The notes beneath the pieces were generated by a model. The model ran no database searches, was not told the DNA's origin, and saw nothing but the letters and a program-made list of their open reading frames with translations. A program made the translations under genes and the position numbers. From NCBI RefSeq assembly GCF_006345805.1, contig NC_043012.1:31372001-31436000 (forward strand): 64,000 bases of DNA, in the 5' to 3' direction. This DNA comes from Octopus sinensis. Lineage: Eukaryota. Within the stretch, counting starts at the first letter, position 1. Each line of letters begins with the position of its first letter. Shown here one piece after another: positions 28,468-40,424 of this stretch.

Positions 28468-28534
28468 GAAGCTCCCAGCTTCTAAAGACTCTGGAACCCC
28501 TACATTATATAGGAGAGCAGCAAGTCCTTCAGAA
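28468..28534 (+). CDS. Candidate 67-nt internal exon (KLPASKDSGTPTLYRRAASPSE in the favoured frame)
   Basis: Acceptor CACTAG|, consensus donor AA|GTAAGT, GC-balanced island in AT-rich flanks, A/T-ending codons in this frame; joins 25736 in frame. Confidence 0.45.
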
Positions 28535-29045
28535 GTAAGTTCATTAAAGTTTATATAACATGATTATTAACAATTCCCTGAATGGGTAATTAGATTATAT
28601 TCTTCATCATATTTAAATCAATGGTTTAATTAATGACTCATTAATTTATATCTCTAATTAAGTCTTAAAGTTCGGAGATAATAAACTAAATAACGATAAT
28701 GTTATGCAGAAGGGTGCTACACCTATCTTGTTATATAAAAATATTAAAAAAAATTTTTCCTATAACGTGCGACGAATTTTTTTCAAAAGTCACTACGTTC
28801 TTAAGAATAGCTTTAAAATCTATTAAATACAGGTGCTCATTTAGAAATTAGCTTATTAAACTTTTTCTTTTTAGCCAATTCCTTAGAAGTTTCAAGCTAC
28901 ATTCTCCACTCAAACTAATTTTTTTTGTTTTAGTTTAGTGCAGATTGCTTCGAAAGTAACCACAGCTCCAATCAACAATTCAATTATTTTGTTACACTAC
29001 ACATCTAATTTGTGTTTAATTCATAATATTTATTTTAATCGTTGA

Positions 29046-29313
29046 AGACGGCGAGTTGCTAGAATCGTTAGCATGCCAGGCAAAAATGCTTCGCAACATT
29101 TCGTCCGGTGACCTAGCAGAATAGTTAGTACGCCTGGCAAAATGCTTCGCAGCATTGCGTCCGTCAACGTTCTGAGTTGAAATTCCGCGAGGTCGACTTT
29201 ATCCTATCGGGGTCGATGAATTAAGTACCAATGAAACACTGGGGTCGGTGTAATCGACTAGTCCATTCCCCCCAAATTTCAGACCTTGTGCCTTTAGTAG
29301 AAAGGAATAATTA
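29046..29313 (+). mobile_element. Family A SINE with duplicated head segment
   Basis: GCCAGGCAAAAATGCTTCGC and GCCTGGCAAAATGCTTCGC occur in tandem, followed by the body and long tail. Confidence 0.8.
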
Positions 29314-29697
29314 TTTTTAACTCATGAAGTATTATGTGTTTGTTAACTTATATTTTTTGGTTCAAAGTCCGTAGCTGTTTCAATACACTGGATTTAATTA
29401 TTTATGTACCAGTTTTACATCATGAATTCCTTAAAGTAAGTTAAGGAAGTTCTAAGGAGGGAATTCTGGATAGTGTAACGATTATGAATTTTAAAGATAT
29501 ATCTCATGCAAACCTGAAAGGAATAAGTCACTTACTCTGTCCGGCGAGGTAAAGATTCTGCTAGCTCGCCGCCTTTTAGGGTGATCAAATAATGAATTTG
29601 ATTTAGGTTAGTTTTTATTATAAGCTCATAACTATAGGTAACTGATATAATTTGTGGAGCTAGCATGATTTATTATGGGCAAATAGATTTAGAGATC

Positions 29698-30292
29698 CGG
29701 TAATCTGCGCGCGTAAGCGAAAGCAGGGTAGTGTAATCACTCGATTTCGTATGTTTGTGTGTTTGCAAAATTACTGGAAAACGGCCGAACGGATTTTCAC
29801 CATATTTGGCAGAAATACTCATCGGGTGAGCAGCTTGAAATGATGAATGTTTGGTTTGATTATCTTGAAAAAAAAAGACTTTAAAAAGTCGAACTTACAA
29901 ATTTTCCGATAAGCAAGTGGTCATATTATTTTGTTCACTTTCTTTTTCATATGAATCAACCTTCATCTGCGTGTGTATAAATCATGATGTACTTATGCGC
30001 GTAGACACGTGTGGGTACATACCTACCTACCTACATACATAGATAAACAACTCTGTGTGTGTGTGTGCGTGTGTGCAGTGATGGATTCAAGGGATTCGTT
30101 TATTCACGACTTAATTTCGTAATTTCACCGGAGTATAAATACCTATAATGATACTTGAAAAAAAAAAACGAAAATAATATTAAATTCAGTTCAATTAAAA
30201 AGCATGGGTAAGCAACACATTGCAAGCCACATTATAATTTGCGAAAAAATTTACCTGCGCGCAGGCTATGCATCGCTCTCCTTTTTTTTTAA
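29698..30292 (+). mobile_element. Probable non-autonomous Helentron-like (HINE/DINE-1-type) element
   Basis: 5' CTGCGCGC with nearby inverted GCAG; internal microsatellite; 3' GCGCGCAG, imperfect hairpin GCTATGCATCGC and poly-T. Confidence 0.5.
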
Positions 30293-30946
30293 TTTCGAAG
30301 TACTTTTTATCAACTACTTCCCCTTCATTTTCTCACCAAATAACGAATTGGACTAAAATGAGACAAAATGGTTCTGGATCAGTAAAAACACAAACTATTA
30401 AGGAATCAGGATAATTTTGATTTATATTCGGATCGATGATTTTATTTGCTTGCAAGTTCACTCACAACTGAAAAAAAAAATCAATTTGGTATTAACTGGA
30501 TGTGCTTCTGTAAGTAAGACAGTTGTGACTAATGTGTTTTAAAGCCAAAAAAAAAATGACAAAAATATTAAACAAACACTTATTTTTAATATCAATAAAA
30601 TAACTGTGTTAAATAAATATCAAATAAAAGAAAACTCGGGTACGGGAATCGATACGGTATATAACATCTAGCAAGTATTTTATATATCTCGTGATTGACG
30701 TAGTACTCTTTTCATAGCCAAAATATATGGCAACTAATCGTCCACTCAACCTAACTGCACGTCGTCGATTCCCCTTAGAGTACTACTTACAAATATGGGT
30801 TGGTACAGTTGCTATACACTCATACACTTTATACTCTATTTAAAAATGAAATCCAGTTGTAAAAGATTCTCTTCTCAACCCAGTACAACCTATAGCTCAC
30901 ATATGCAGTTTTCACGCTGTATTTTTCATCAGACACTCACTATATC

Positions 30947-31353
30947 GGGATCTTTTCGGTTTGAACGGTAGTTTTTTCTAGCGGTGTCATATGAAATTGT
31001 CACCCATAACTATGACCCTAGTATCGATCTATTGCATTTCAATCTGTTTTAGGGTTAGGGTTAGGGGTGGGGGAGGGTTTCTTTTTTTCTTCAGAAATGT
31101 AAATAAGCCCAATCTGTTTCTTAAACGAGGGACATATTCATACGGCACAGAATGTTTTCACCTCAGTAGACGTCATTGATTGGTTGAAATTGCAGAAATT
31201 GAAGAAAAACAACAACAAATATCTTACAAACAATAGAATTTTCTCAATAAAGCCAAGAGAAAAAGATGTTTTATAAACACATTCTACCAGTATACGAAGT
31301 TAGTTACGTGGAAATTATTAAAAAAAGACTGCCGTTCAAACCGAAAAGATCCC
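30947..31353. mobile_element. MITE with ~28-bp TIRs (GGGATCTTTTCGGTTTGAACGG...) and 6-bp TSD TATATC
   Basis: TATATC|GGGATCTTTTCGGTTTGAACGGTAG ... CTGCCGTTCAAACCGAAAAGATCCC|TATATC; internal (TTAGGG)3. Confidence 0.9.
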
Positions 31354-31898
31354 TATATCGTCCTCTGCTATACTGGACTTAAATGCCTTAAACGAAAGAC
31401 AACTTTGCTCTTCTATCATCTCTGATATGCTAATTCATCAATATCTTGTCCTGTAAACTTTCTGCAGTCCATTTTCTCCGCAACTAACTCGCATTTAAGT
31501 TTCCTTGTTGTCTATAATTTTCGTACAAAGACGACGTTCCAGCATCAGCTGATTCAATGGCGAGGAATGCAAAAGCACCTCACACCCCACAGTTAAATAC
31601 AAAAATGCTAACCACAACCTTCAGAGTTCCTGCATTTAAGTTGTGAATAAATTATAAATTTGATGAATAGTTCATTGTATGGACAGCACTGGATTTGTGC
31701 CGCGGTGGTTTTTTTTCCATATACAACGGCTTTCGAGTATCAGCGTAATTTCATTAACATCCTAAACTAACAACCAACGAAGCAACTCCATCACACCACA
31801 AGAAAATTGACATAAGCAAATCAACGCTCGAATTCACGTACGTATATACATACATACATACATACATACATGCACAACACACACACCACATATATATA

Positions 31899-31953
<55 letters not shown>

Positions 31954-32589
31954 ATGTATGTATGTATGTATGTATGTATATAAATAATCTATATATGTAT
32001 GTATGAATGTATGTATATATATATATATGCATGCATTTATATAATGCTTATAAGTATAAATATAAATGTATTTAAATATATCTACCTATTTTTCTATCTT
32101 ATCTATCTTCACACACAGGCACAAACATACACACACACACACATTTATACAGACATAGTCAAAACGGTATTTTATGCTATAGAACCACAAATATTTATAA
32201 CACAACTTGTAAAAATCAAGTAATAAAATGTTAACTGAAATTTTTAGTATTGCCATAGCAAAGAATATTTTACCTTTCAAAGGTTAATTAAAGATTTAAT
32301 GGAAATTTTATTTTTCAGATTTTGTTTACATAATTTTAAGTACACCAAGAAAATATATTTACACGGAACAACAAATACCTTAGAAATGTTATTGATATGA
32401 AAATGCAACAAAGAGATAGATTATGAATTTATGCGGAAGGCAACTTCTTTCAATTTTGAGAGGTTAATGTTATTTTCTTGGCTTCATAATTCATACGAAC
32501 GAATATAGGGAAATGGTTATATCCTTTCTTTTAACAGCCACATCGGGAAGGGCACGTTATTTATCATACACTGATTACAGCGATAATTC

Positions 32590-32647
32590 CTTGTGTTGCT
32601 TTTAATTGATTATATATATATATATATATATGTGTGTGTGGTGTGTG

Positions 32648-32684
<37 letters not shown>

Positions 32685-32692
32685 ATATATAG

Positions 32693-32724
<32 letters not shown>

Positions 32725-33058
32725 GTATATATATATATATATACAATATATATAATATAATATATCTATGTATATATATATATATATAATATATATACAT
32801 ATAATATATATGTATGTATTTATATATATATTATACATATATAACATATATATTATTATATATATAACATATATTATAGATCTATATATACTATGATGTA
32901 TATATATAAATCTATACATATATATATAATATTTATATGTATGTGATATATATATATATACAGATATATATATGTATGTATATCTATATATATATACATA
33001 TATATATGGTCTATATATATATATACATATATATGTATGTATATATATATATACATAC

Positions 33059-33100
<42 letters not shown>

Positions 33101-33115
33101 TATACATACATATAG
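32590..33115. repeat. Long degenerate (TA)n microsatellite
   Basis: Directly visible; abuts the Penelope end. Confidence 0.95.
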
Positions 33116-33119
33116 GGAG

Positions 33120-33897
33120 AATTCACACAAAAAAACAAAAGACGAAGACAGGTGGTGTAGACAACAAACAGATGCATTAGTTTAACGCTCGGGAAGTGAA
33201 AAAGTCTTTAACGTTTCGAGCCTACGCTCTTCCACAGAAAGGAACACAGAAAGAAACAAGGAGAGAAAATAAAGAATGTGTAGTGGCTAGCGATTCATCA
33301 TGGTGAATGCTGAACAGAGGGGTCACATAAGAGAGCTAGGATGAAGGTCAGATAATAAAGTAGTGGTGATCCCAAAACGAGTTGCGCGTGCGTGTGTATA
33401 AGAGAGTATATATGTGCATGTGGAAGAGCGCTTGTGACCTTGACGTGTGCGTGTGTGTATGAGTAGGTGTGTGATGTGGGTGCTGGGAAGTGGTCAGTGC
33501 GCGTGGTGGTGTGATATGATATGATGTGGTGTTGTGTGGTATGGTGGTGCATGGTGTAGTAGTGTGTGGTTTGGTGTTGGGAGGTGGGAGAGGCAAGAGT
33601 GGGGAAAGCAAGGATGGGGTGTAGGTTAGGCTGAGGGTGGGGGTACAGGTGAGGTATGTGGGTAGGCTGAGGGTGGGAGTAGCGGTGGGGTAGGGTATGT
33701 GGGAATGAAGGGAGGAAATAGGCGTGAGAGGAGAGAGGAGGGGGTTAAATGAAAAAGAGAGAGTTGAGCCCATGTGGCGCAAATGAGCGAAGAGAGATAA
33801 TTAATTCCTGTTCACGGATGGCCCCTGTGCAAGGACAATCCGAATACAGACAGGTGTTGTAAAGAATTACCGGTAGAGCGGAAATGGCGCGAGACCG
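33120..33897 (-). mobile_element. Penelope-like element 3' portion
   Basis: Reverse complement is homologous to 14405-15235 (GIY-YIG end, CA-rich spacer, pseudo-LTR); both ends abut (TA)n. Confidence 0.85.
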
Positions 33898-33909
33898 ATA
33901 TATATATAT

Positions 33910-33954
<45 letters not shown>

Positions 33955-34821
33955 TCGTTGTTAATTAGCTGGTTGGGTAATTACCTTAAATATTGTAAAA
34001 AGAAGTGATTTTAACTGGGTTCTGGCAAAATTAAACTTTAATGTCGTATGAATGGCCATATTCTTAGAGTAGATGAGGAAGTAGATAAAAATCTCAGTAT
34101 GATCTCTGAAAATGATTTGAAGTTTCAGTATGCGTTAAAAACACTATAAATGCAAACGAGAAAACTGGCGCAATTTTTCAGTAATCGAGTCCACACACTA
34201 CAAGATAACAGTATTTGGGAATCACATTTCGTCGACTATCATTGTTTTGGAGAATATGCAAAACTCTAAGTCGATCAACTTTAAGAGATCAACTTGACTA
34301 GTTTTCAGTGAACCTTAGCCAAAAGACAAGTGTTATAATGTACACTTTTAAGAGGATAATTAAGGGGGATTTAAGAAGACAACCATTTGGAAGACTATCT
34401 GTCACACATCGGTTTATTCATCTTGATTATTTACGAAGAAGTAAAAAATAAAAGAATAACAAAACTTTTCAAACAAGATCCATGCAAAATGGCATCAAGA
34501 ATCAAAACGTATCAAGCGAAAGACAAGCAACTGCTTCACAAACCGAACGCATAAATGAATTTTAATTCGAAACATCTTACGCGTAGATAAGTGCATTGCC
34601 GAAAGGTCGAATTCTACCGCCATTCCTAGTAAACATGAAAAAGAAATAAGGGTAAGTGTTCATATTTTACAGCAGTTCCATTTCTTTGCCTAAAGTTTAG
34701 AAGACAGTCATAGCACCTACCAGTACATATTATAAATCACTTGATAAAACAAGTACAGCAGTATTAATTTACAATTTTGGTAATGAATGGTTAGCTAGCT
34801 TAAGCACATACAATGTTGCAA

Positions 34822-35242
34822 CTCTCTCTCTCTATTTTACTCTTTTACTTGTTTCAGTCATTTGACTGCGGCCATGCTGGAGCACCACCTTTAATCGAGC
34901 AACTCGACCCCGGGACTTATTCTTTTGTAATCCCAGTACTTATTCTATCGGTCTCTTTTGCCGAACCGCTAAGTGACGGGGACATAAACACACCAGCATC
35001 GGTTGTCAAGCAATGCTAGGGGGACAAACACAGACACACAAACACACACACGCATAAATATATATATATACATATATACGACGGGCTTCTTTCAGTTTCC
35101 GTCTACCAAATCCACTCACAAGGCTCTGGTCGGCCCGAGGCTATAGTAGAAGACACTTGCCCGAGGTGCCACACACTGGGACTGAACCCCGAACCATGTG
35201 GTTGGTAAACAAGCTACTTACCACACAGCCACTCCTGCGCCT
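34822..35242 (-). mobile_element. Full-length family B CORE-type SINE
   Basis: Highly similar to 26857-27267. Confidence 0.9.
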
Positions 35243-36109
35243 ATAATTTTCTAACAAGCAAAGAATAGCCATTAAAAATTCGATCTCAGCATACAAACAG
35301 CAGCGAAATCCAAACCAACAGCTGTGTACAATTATGAATGTACGGTAACAACTTTATAAAAACTTGAATGGAAAATAAAGGAACCTTTGAACACAAGGAT
35401 CCTTTCTGAGAACATAAAACTTTCAGCAACATACGGCACTCAGAACCACACTTAATTTAGGTTTGGTTTTATTTGCTTCTTCCTTGATATTAAATTTATA
35501 TACATAAGATATAAGTTTCATCTTATTACACAGTTACTCCATGTTGTTTCTCAAGATAATATAAAGGAGGAATATATAATAAAGGCGACATAGATATCTA
35601 TTTGCTGTCCTATGATTAATGTAAATGCAAAGTCATATCTCGGAAATATTAGTCTTTGAAAACATATTGAGAACATATCCTTCCTTAAGCAATAGTATCA
35701 ACAAAGGCAACAACGTCCTTCCTTCTGTTATTCTAGTTGAGGTGCAAAGTATCTTCTAACTTCCGGCCAGCTTCTTGTAAACTGATAGCAAAATATTTTC
35801 GCATTGCATCCGATTGATTTTTCAAATTATTACTCGTTAAGTGTAGTTCATTCAAGCAGTCACAACAGATACTGAATGGTGCCTTTATGCTGATTAATGT
35901 GTAGCCATCGCCATGGACTTACCATATTCAAGTATTGCAAGAATATCGTGCAATATGTTACAAATATTTAGACTTACATTCATAGGTTTACAGCGTTATG
36001 CATTTTATCAAAATAATATAATTACGTTTATCTAGCCAGTCTACTGACTGAGATAAGTAAAAAATGTAAGATAAAAGATATATTTATATTTTCGTCTCCT
36101 GTGTGACCC

Positions 36110-36570
36110 TTCTGTCCGGCAGTCGCCATGATAGATTGGTAGCCACTACACACATTTTTTTCTCTTCTTGTTTTTTTTTTTCTGTGTCCCTTTCTGTAGA
36201 AGAGCGTAGGCTCGAAACGTAAAAGACTTTTTCTATTCCTGAGCGTTATACTAATACATCTGTTTTTGTACACCACCTGTCTTCGTCTTTTGTTGTTTTC
36301 GTAAACTCTCCCTATATATACATACATACATTCATTCACTCATTTATTCCTTTATACATATTTACATAAATACATACATACACACACAGAGACACATAAA
36401 CACACACACACACACACACATATATATGTATATTTGTAATTTACAAAACAAAACAAAAACAAAAGACAAAGACAGGTGTGTAAACAACAAGCAGGTGTAT
36501 TAGTCTGATGCTCAGGAAGTGAGAAAGTCTTTTACATTTCGAGCCTAGGCTCTTCAACTGAAAGGAAATG
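36110..36570. mobile_element. Two Penelope pseudo-LTR fragments in inverted (tail-to-tail) orientation around a CA/TA repeat
   Basis: 36110-36325 (+) and 36445-36570 (-) both carry GAAGAGC..AGGCTCGAAA..TAAAAGAC and ACACCTGTCTT. Confidence 0.75.
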
Positions 36571-37324
36571 TATATATAATCAAGTCGATCTTGATGATGA
36601 CTACTAATGAGGCACAAACTCGTGTTCACCTCTGCCCTCTTAACTCCAGGCACTGACACTTTCTTTTCAATAGTGGCAAGTGCGTTTCGGAGAAATACTT
36701 GATTCTTAAAATTATCCCCCTTCTCATTTAGAGTTGGTCGTAATTATCTCGAGTCACATGTTTAGTTTTCTCTCAAAGGGAAGATAATTTCAGGGAATCA
36801 AGAATTTAACTTGTATGGTATTTGATATATATCCGTTCATCTTGTTAATAGCATCAAATCATTTATAAAATAATTATAAAGAAGTGTGTACAAAAATATA
36901 TTATTTAAGCGGGAAAACAGGAAAATCAAGAAAGCGAGGGTTCATAGTAACACTTCACAGATGGATATGAAACATTCTGAAAGTTCATACTCAAATGTCA
37001 CAGGTAAAAGAGAAGAATTCCAGATAGTTCATTGGTGTCATTGATTTTGGTTAGGTGCTTAAAATAAAGTGTTCATTCCCGAACAACACAAATAAGAGAG
37101 TAAAGAGTACTTGTAATACTTTACAGCTGTTTCTGGTTTTAGTTGCTCCGTAAGCGAGGGAATGTGTTTTATGTGTACATATGCCTGAAGTAGATTGGTA
37201 TTTGTGAATGTATACGAAATAACATGTTTAAATTATATGATCACACACAATATCCTATCAATTTAAAGAAGCACTTCCTGACAATATGATGACTTATTTT
37301 TTCTTAGCTCATAATCATATATGC

Positions 37325-37385
<61 letters not shown>

Positions 37386-37700
37386 GTTCAGCAAAATTTA
37401 GATTCAGATGAATATGGTACTTAAGTCAAAGGCAACATCATTTTGTATGGTATTATCCATATAAATCAAATGGGGCGATTATAATCAAAATAAGCAACAA
37501 GTATATCCAAGGTAGAGTAGTACAATTGTTTCATGCTACATCATTTTATCAAACACTGTAAGTATTACAGCAGTTTTAAAATGTTGAGCAATCTTCAGCC
37601 ACTTATTTTCCAATCAAACGGACAATGCACATAGGGATAAGAATGTGCATTGTCCGTTTGATTGCAAAATTCTATAAGTGATATATATATATATATATAC

Positions 37701-37758
<58 letters not shown>

Positions 37759-38546
37759 ATATATATATATATACATATGTGTGCAGGTAACTGAGTACCC
37801 TTAGTCTGTAATTCCTCACACACACTAAAACACACTTGCATGCTAGTACTACAGAATGGATGATAAATTCCTGACAAGCCGAGGCTGCGTTGCAGGTTCT
37901 ATAAATATTTACCGATAGCATAGGCGACAGCTTGCATCTGTTAGTGTTTACGATCAGCCTATTTGCTTAAGGCTTCATTGTTAATTAATGATTCATATTA
38001 TATCAATTTCTTTTCAAAGTATCAACACTGTTAATGTTGCTCTGTACTCTTAGTTCTTTTGGTGGGGAAATATTTTTTGTGTACAGACCTTGGTAACATA
38101 TTCCAATATCAATTATATATTTCAGGAATAGTTTCTCTTCGTAAATTACTATATTTATACCGATTTTAAACGACACAATACTTTCCTTAACACTTCTACA
38201 TCTTTTGTCCTTTAGTTTGCTCAATCTGAAATTGGATGATAAATATGAGAAAACTTTTCTGTTATGGTTATTTTAAGCTTCCATATTTCCAGATATTTAA
38301 TCTCCGATAGAAAAAAATGTCCTTCGATCTAAAGTAATGCATTACTGGCAAAAGATTTCTTGTCTCTTATCTCACTGTGTATCAATGTTTCTCTTTCTCT
38401 GTGGGTAAATGAGCAAACAGTGTCTGTTCAATAAAAATCCGCCAAACAATACATTAACATTGCTTTTATATGGTGAATAATTCGAGACTGATAAAATACT
38501 CGTGACACGTAATTATTTCTCACTTCCTTAAAAGATTCACTTAATG

Positions 38547-38549
<3 letters not shown>

Positions 38550-38577
<28 letters not shown>

Positions 38578-38602
38578 GTGTTATATGATACATATATATA
38601 TG

Positions 38603-38647
<45 letters not shown>

Positions 38648-38738
38648 CTCTACTTATCTCTCTATCTCTCTAATCTACTTACTTATCTCTCTACCTATCT
38701 ATCTGTCTACCTATCAATCTATCTGTCTGTCTGCCTGA

Positions 38739-38781
<43 letters not shown>

Positions 38782-38830
38782 ATCAATCTACCTATCAATC
38801 TATCTTATCAATCTATCTATCTATTTTATA

Positions 38831-38899
<69 letters not shown>

Positions 38900-38945
38900 G
38901 TCTATCTATCTGTCTATCTGTCTGTCTGTCTATCTATCTAATACA
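38550..38945. repeat. Compound (TACA)n/(TGTC)n/(TATC)n microsatellite
   Basis: Directly visible. Confidence 0.95.
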
Positions 38946-39536
38946 TGTGTGCGTGCGCGCGTATCTATACGTACATATATACATAAATATAAATACACAC
39001 AAAACGCACACTCACACACGCGTGTATACACACCCCAAGAGCGGCGATTAGTAAAATGCAAATGAATTAGAAAAAAACTTCATTTCGTATTTGATAGAAG
39101 TATGAAAGGGACATTTTGTGTGAGGTTAAACTTAAGACCACTGTAAGTTAGCAAAGAGCCAAAGATATAACTCACATCACTATCTTCGTAAGTCTAGTTT
39201 CCAGCTCCACCGTTACGTAGAACCCCTTCTGTATTTCCACCAGCTGTTCTTTGGTTGGCGATTCGACCTCTTTATAAGAATTCTCAGTAAGAGCTTGGTG
39301 GCAGATGATGGCTGATAGGGAGTACGGAACAGGGTCGCCAACCTTTTGACGAAGTTTGAAAACATAAATAACGCCATGATGACAAAGGCTTACTCTAAGC
39401 TGTGTAGCGATATCTGTGAGGCGAGTAAATGGCTTGAAGACTAGATGCAAGCGACACTTTAAACATGGTTAATGTTACAAGGATTGTTAACTACCGAAAG
39501 CAGCGTGCCGTACTCCCTATCAGTCACACCAGCAAG

Positions 39537-39936
39537 TGGAGGTCCAATGGCCCAATGGTTAGGGCAGCGGACTCGCGGTCGGAGGATCGCGGTTTCGATT
39601 CCCAGACCGGGCGTTCTGTGTGTTTATTGAGCGAAAACACCTAAAGCTCCACTAGGCTCCGGCAGGGGGTGGTGGCGACCCCTGTTGTACTCTTTCGATC
39701 CAACTTTCTCTCACCCTTTCTTCCTGTTTCCTGTCCCCGACTTCCTACGCAACCGTTGAGCCTGGATGTGCATTCATCCATCCGTCGATGCTCTCGGTGT
39801 CGGGGGTTGACCTGCTTTCTCTTCTGCGGGTCTTACAAATAGCAAAGGACCACGTTTCGGACTTCTCCCACTACAGAGGCGCGATCTTGCGAGCTCTGGG
39901 ACGAAGACCGCTTCGCTCAACAGCAACAGCAACAGT
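39537..39936 (+). mobile_element. tRNA-derived SINE related to family D, with 15-bp TSD
   Basis: AGTCACACCAGCAAG at 39522-39536 and 39937-39951; head GGTTAGGGCAGCGGACTCGCGG...GGTTTCGATTCC; (CAACAG)n tail. Confidence 0.9.
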
Positions 39937-40365
39937 AGTCACACCAGCAAGATCTTACTGAGAACTGACAGTAAAAAAGTAACATGTCAATAAATAGGAG
40001 ACAGATTCATGTTTTGTAATGAATCGAAGTTAATGTTATATAATAGGTTTTATGGACCCCATTGAAGCAGATACACGTGTTCCCATCTGTCCTCTTGTTT
40101 CCAGACAATCAAACCGCTTTTTAATTAATACCATGTCAATTCCGGACAATTTCCTCTTCTCATTCGGCATTTGTTTTCCATCGTCTGTAACCGAAGATAA
40201 CGTCAATAAATTACGAATTTATGTTGTGTGGTATTTATTCGTGTTTGTTGTTCAAATTCATACAAAACATCATTCTAAATTATTTCTCTCATCTCATTTC
40301 TGTTTAAATCATTTATATATACATACATACATATACACATACAGACACACGCGCGTGCACACACA

Positions 40366-40424
<59 letters not shown>

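Noticed and set aside
31049-31066. (TTAGGG)3 as an interstitial telomere
   Set aside because: Only three units, internal to a MITE.
39172-39450. Minus-strand 92-aa ORF with a GTGAGT donor at 39175
   Set aside because: It overlaps the foldback element, has no convincing acceptor, and shows no recognisable homology.
39537-39610. tRNA-like sequences here and at 7630, 24240-24308, 44894 and 60000-60073
   Set aside because: They have A/B boxes but no closing acceptor stem, and they continue into SINE bodies with TSDs. These are SINE heads, not tRNA genes.
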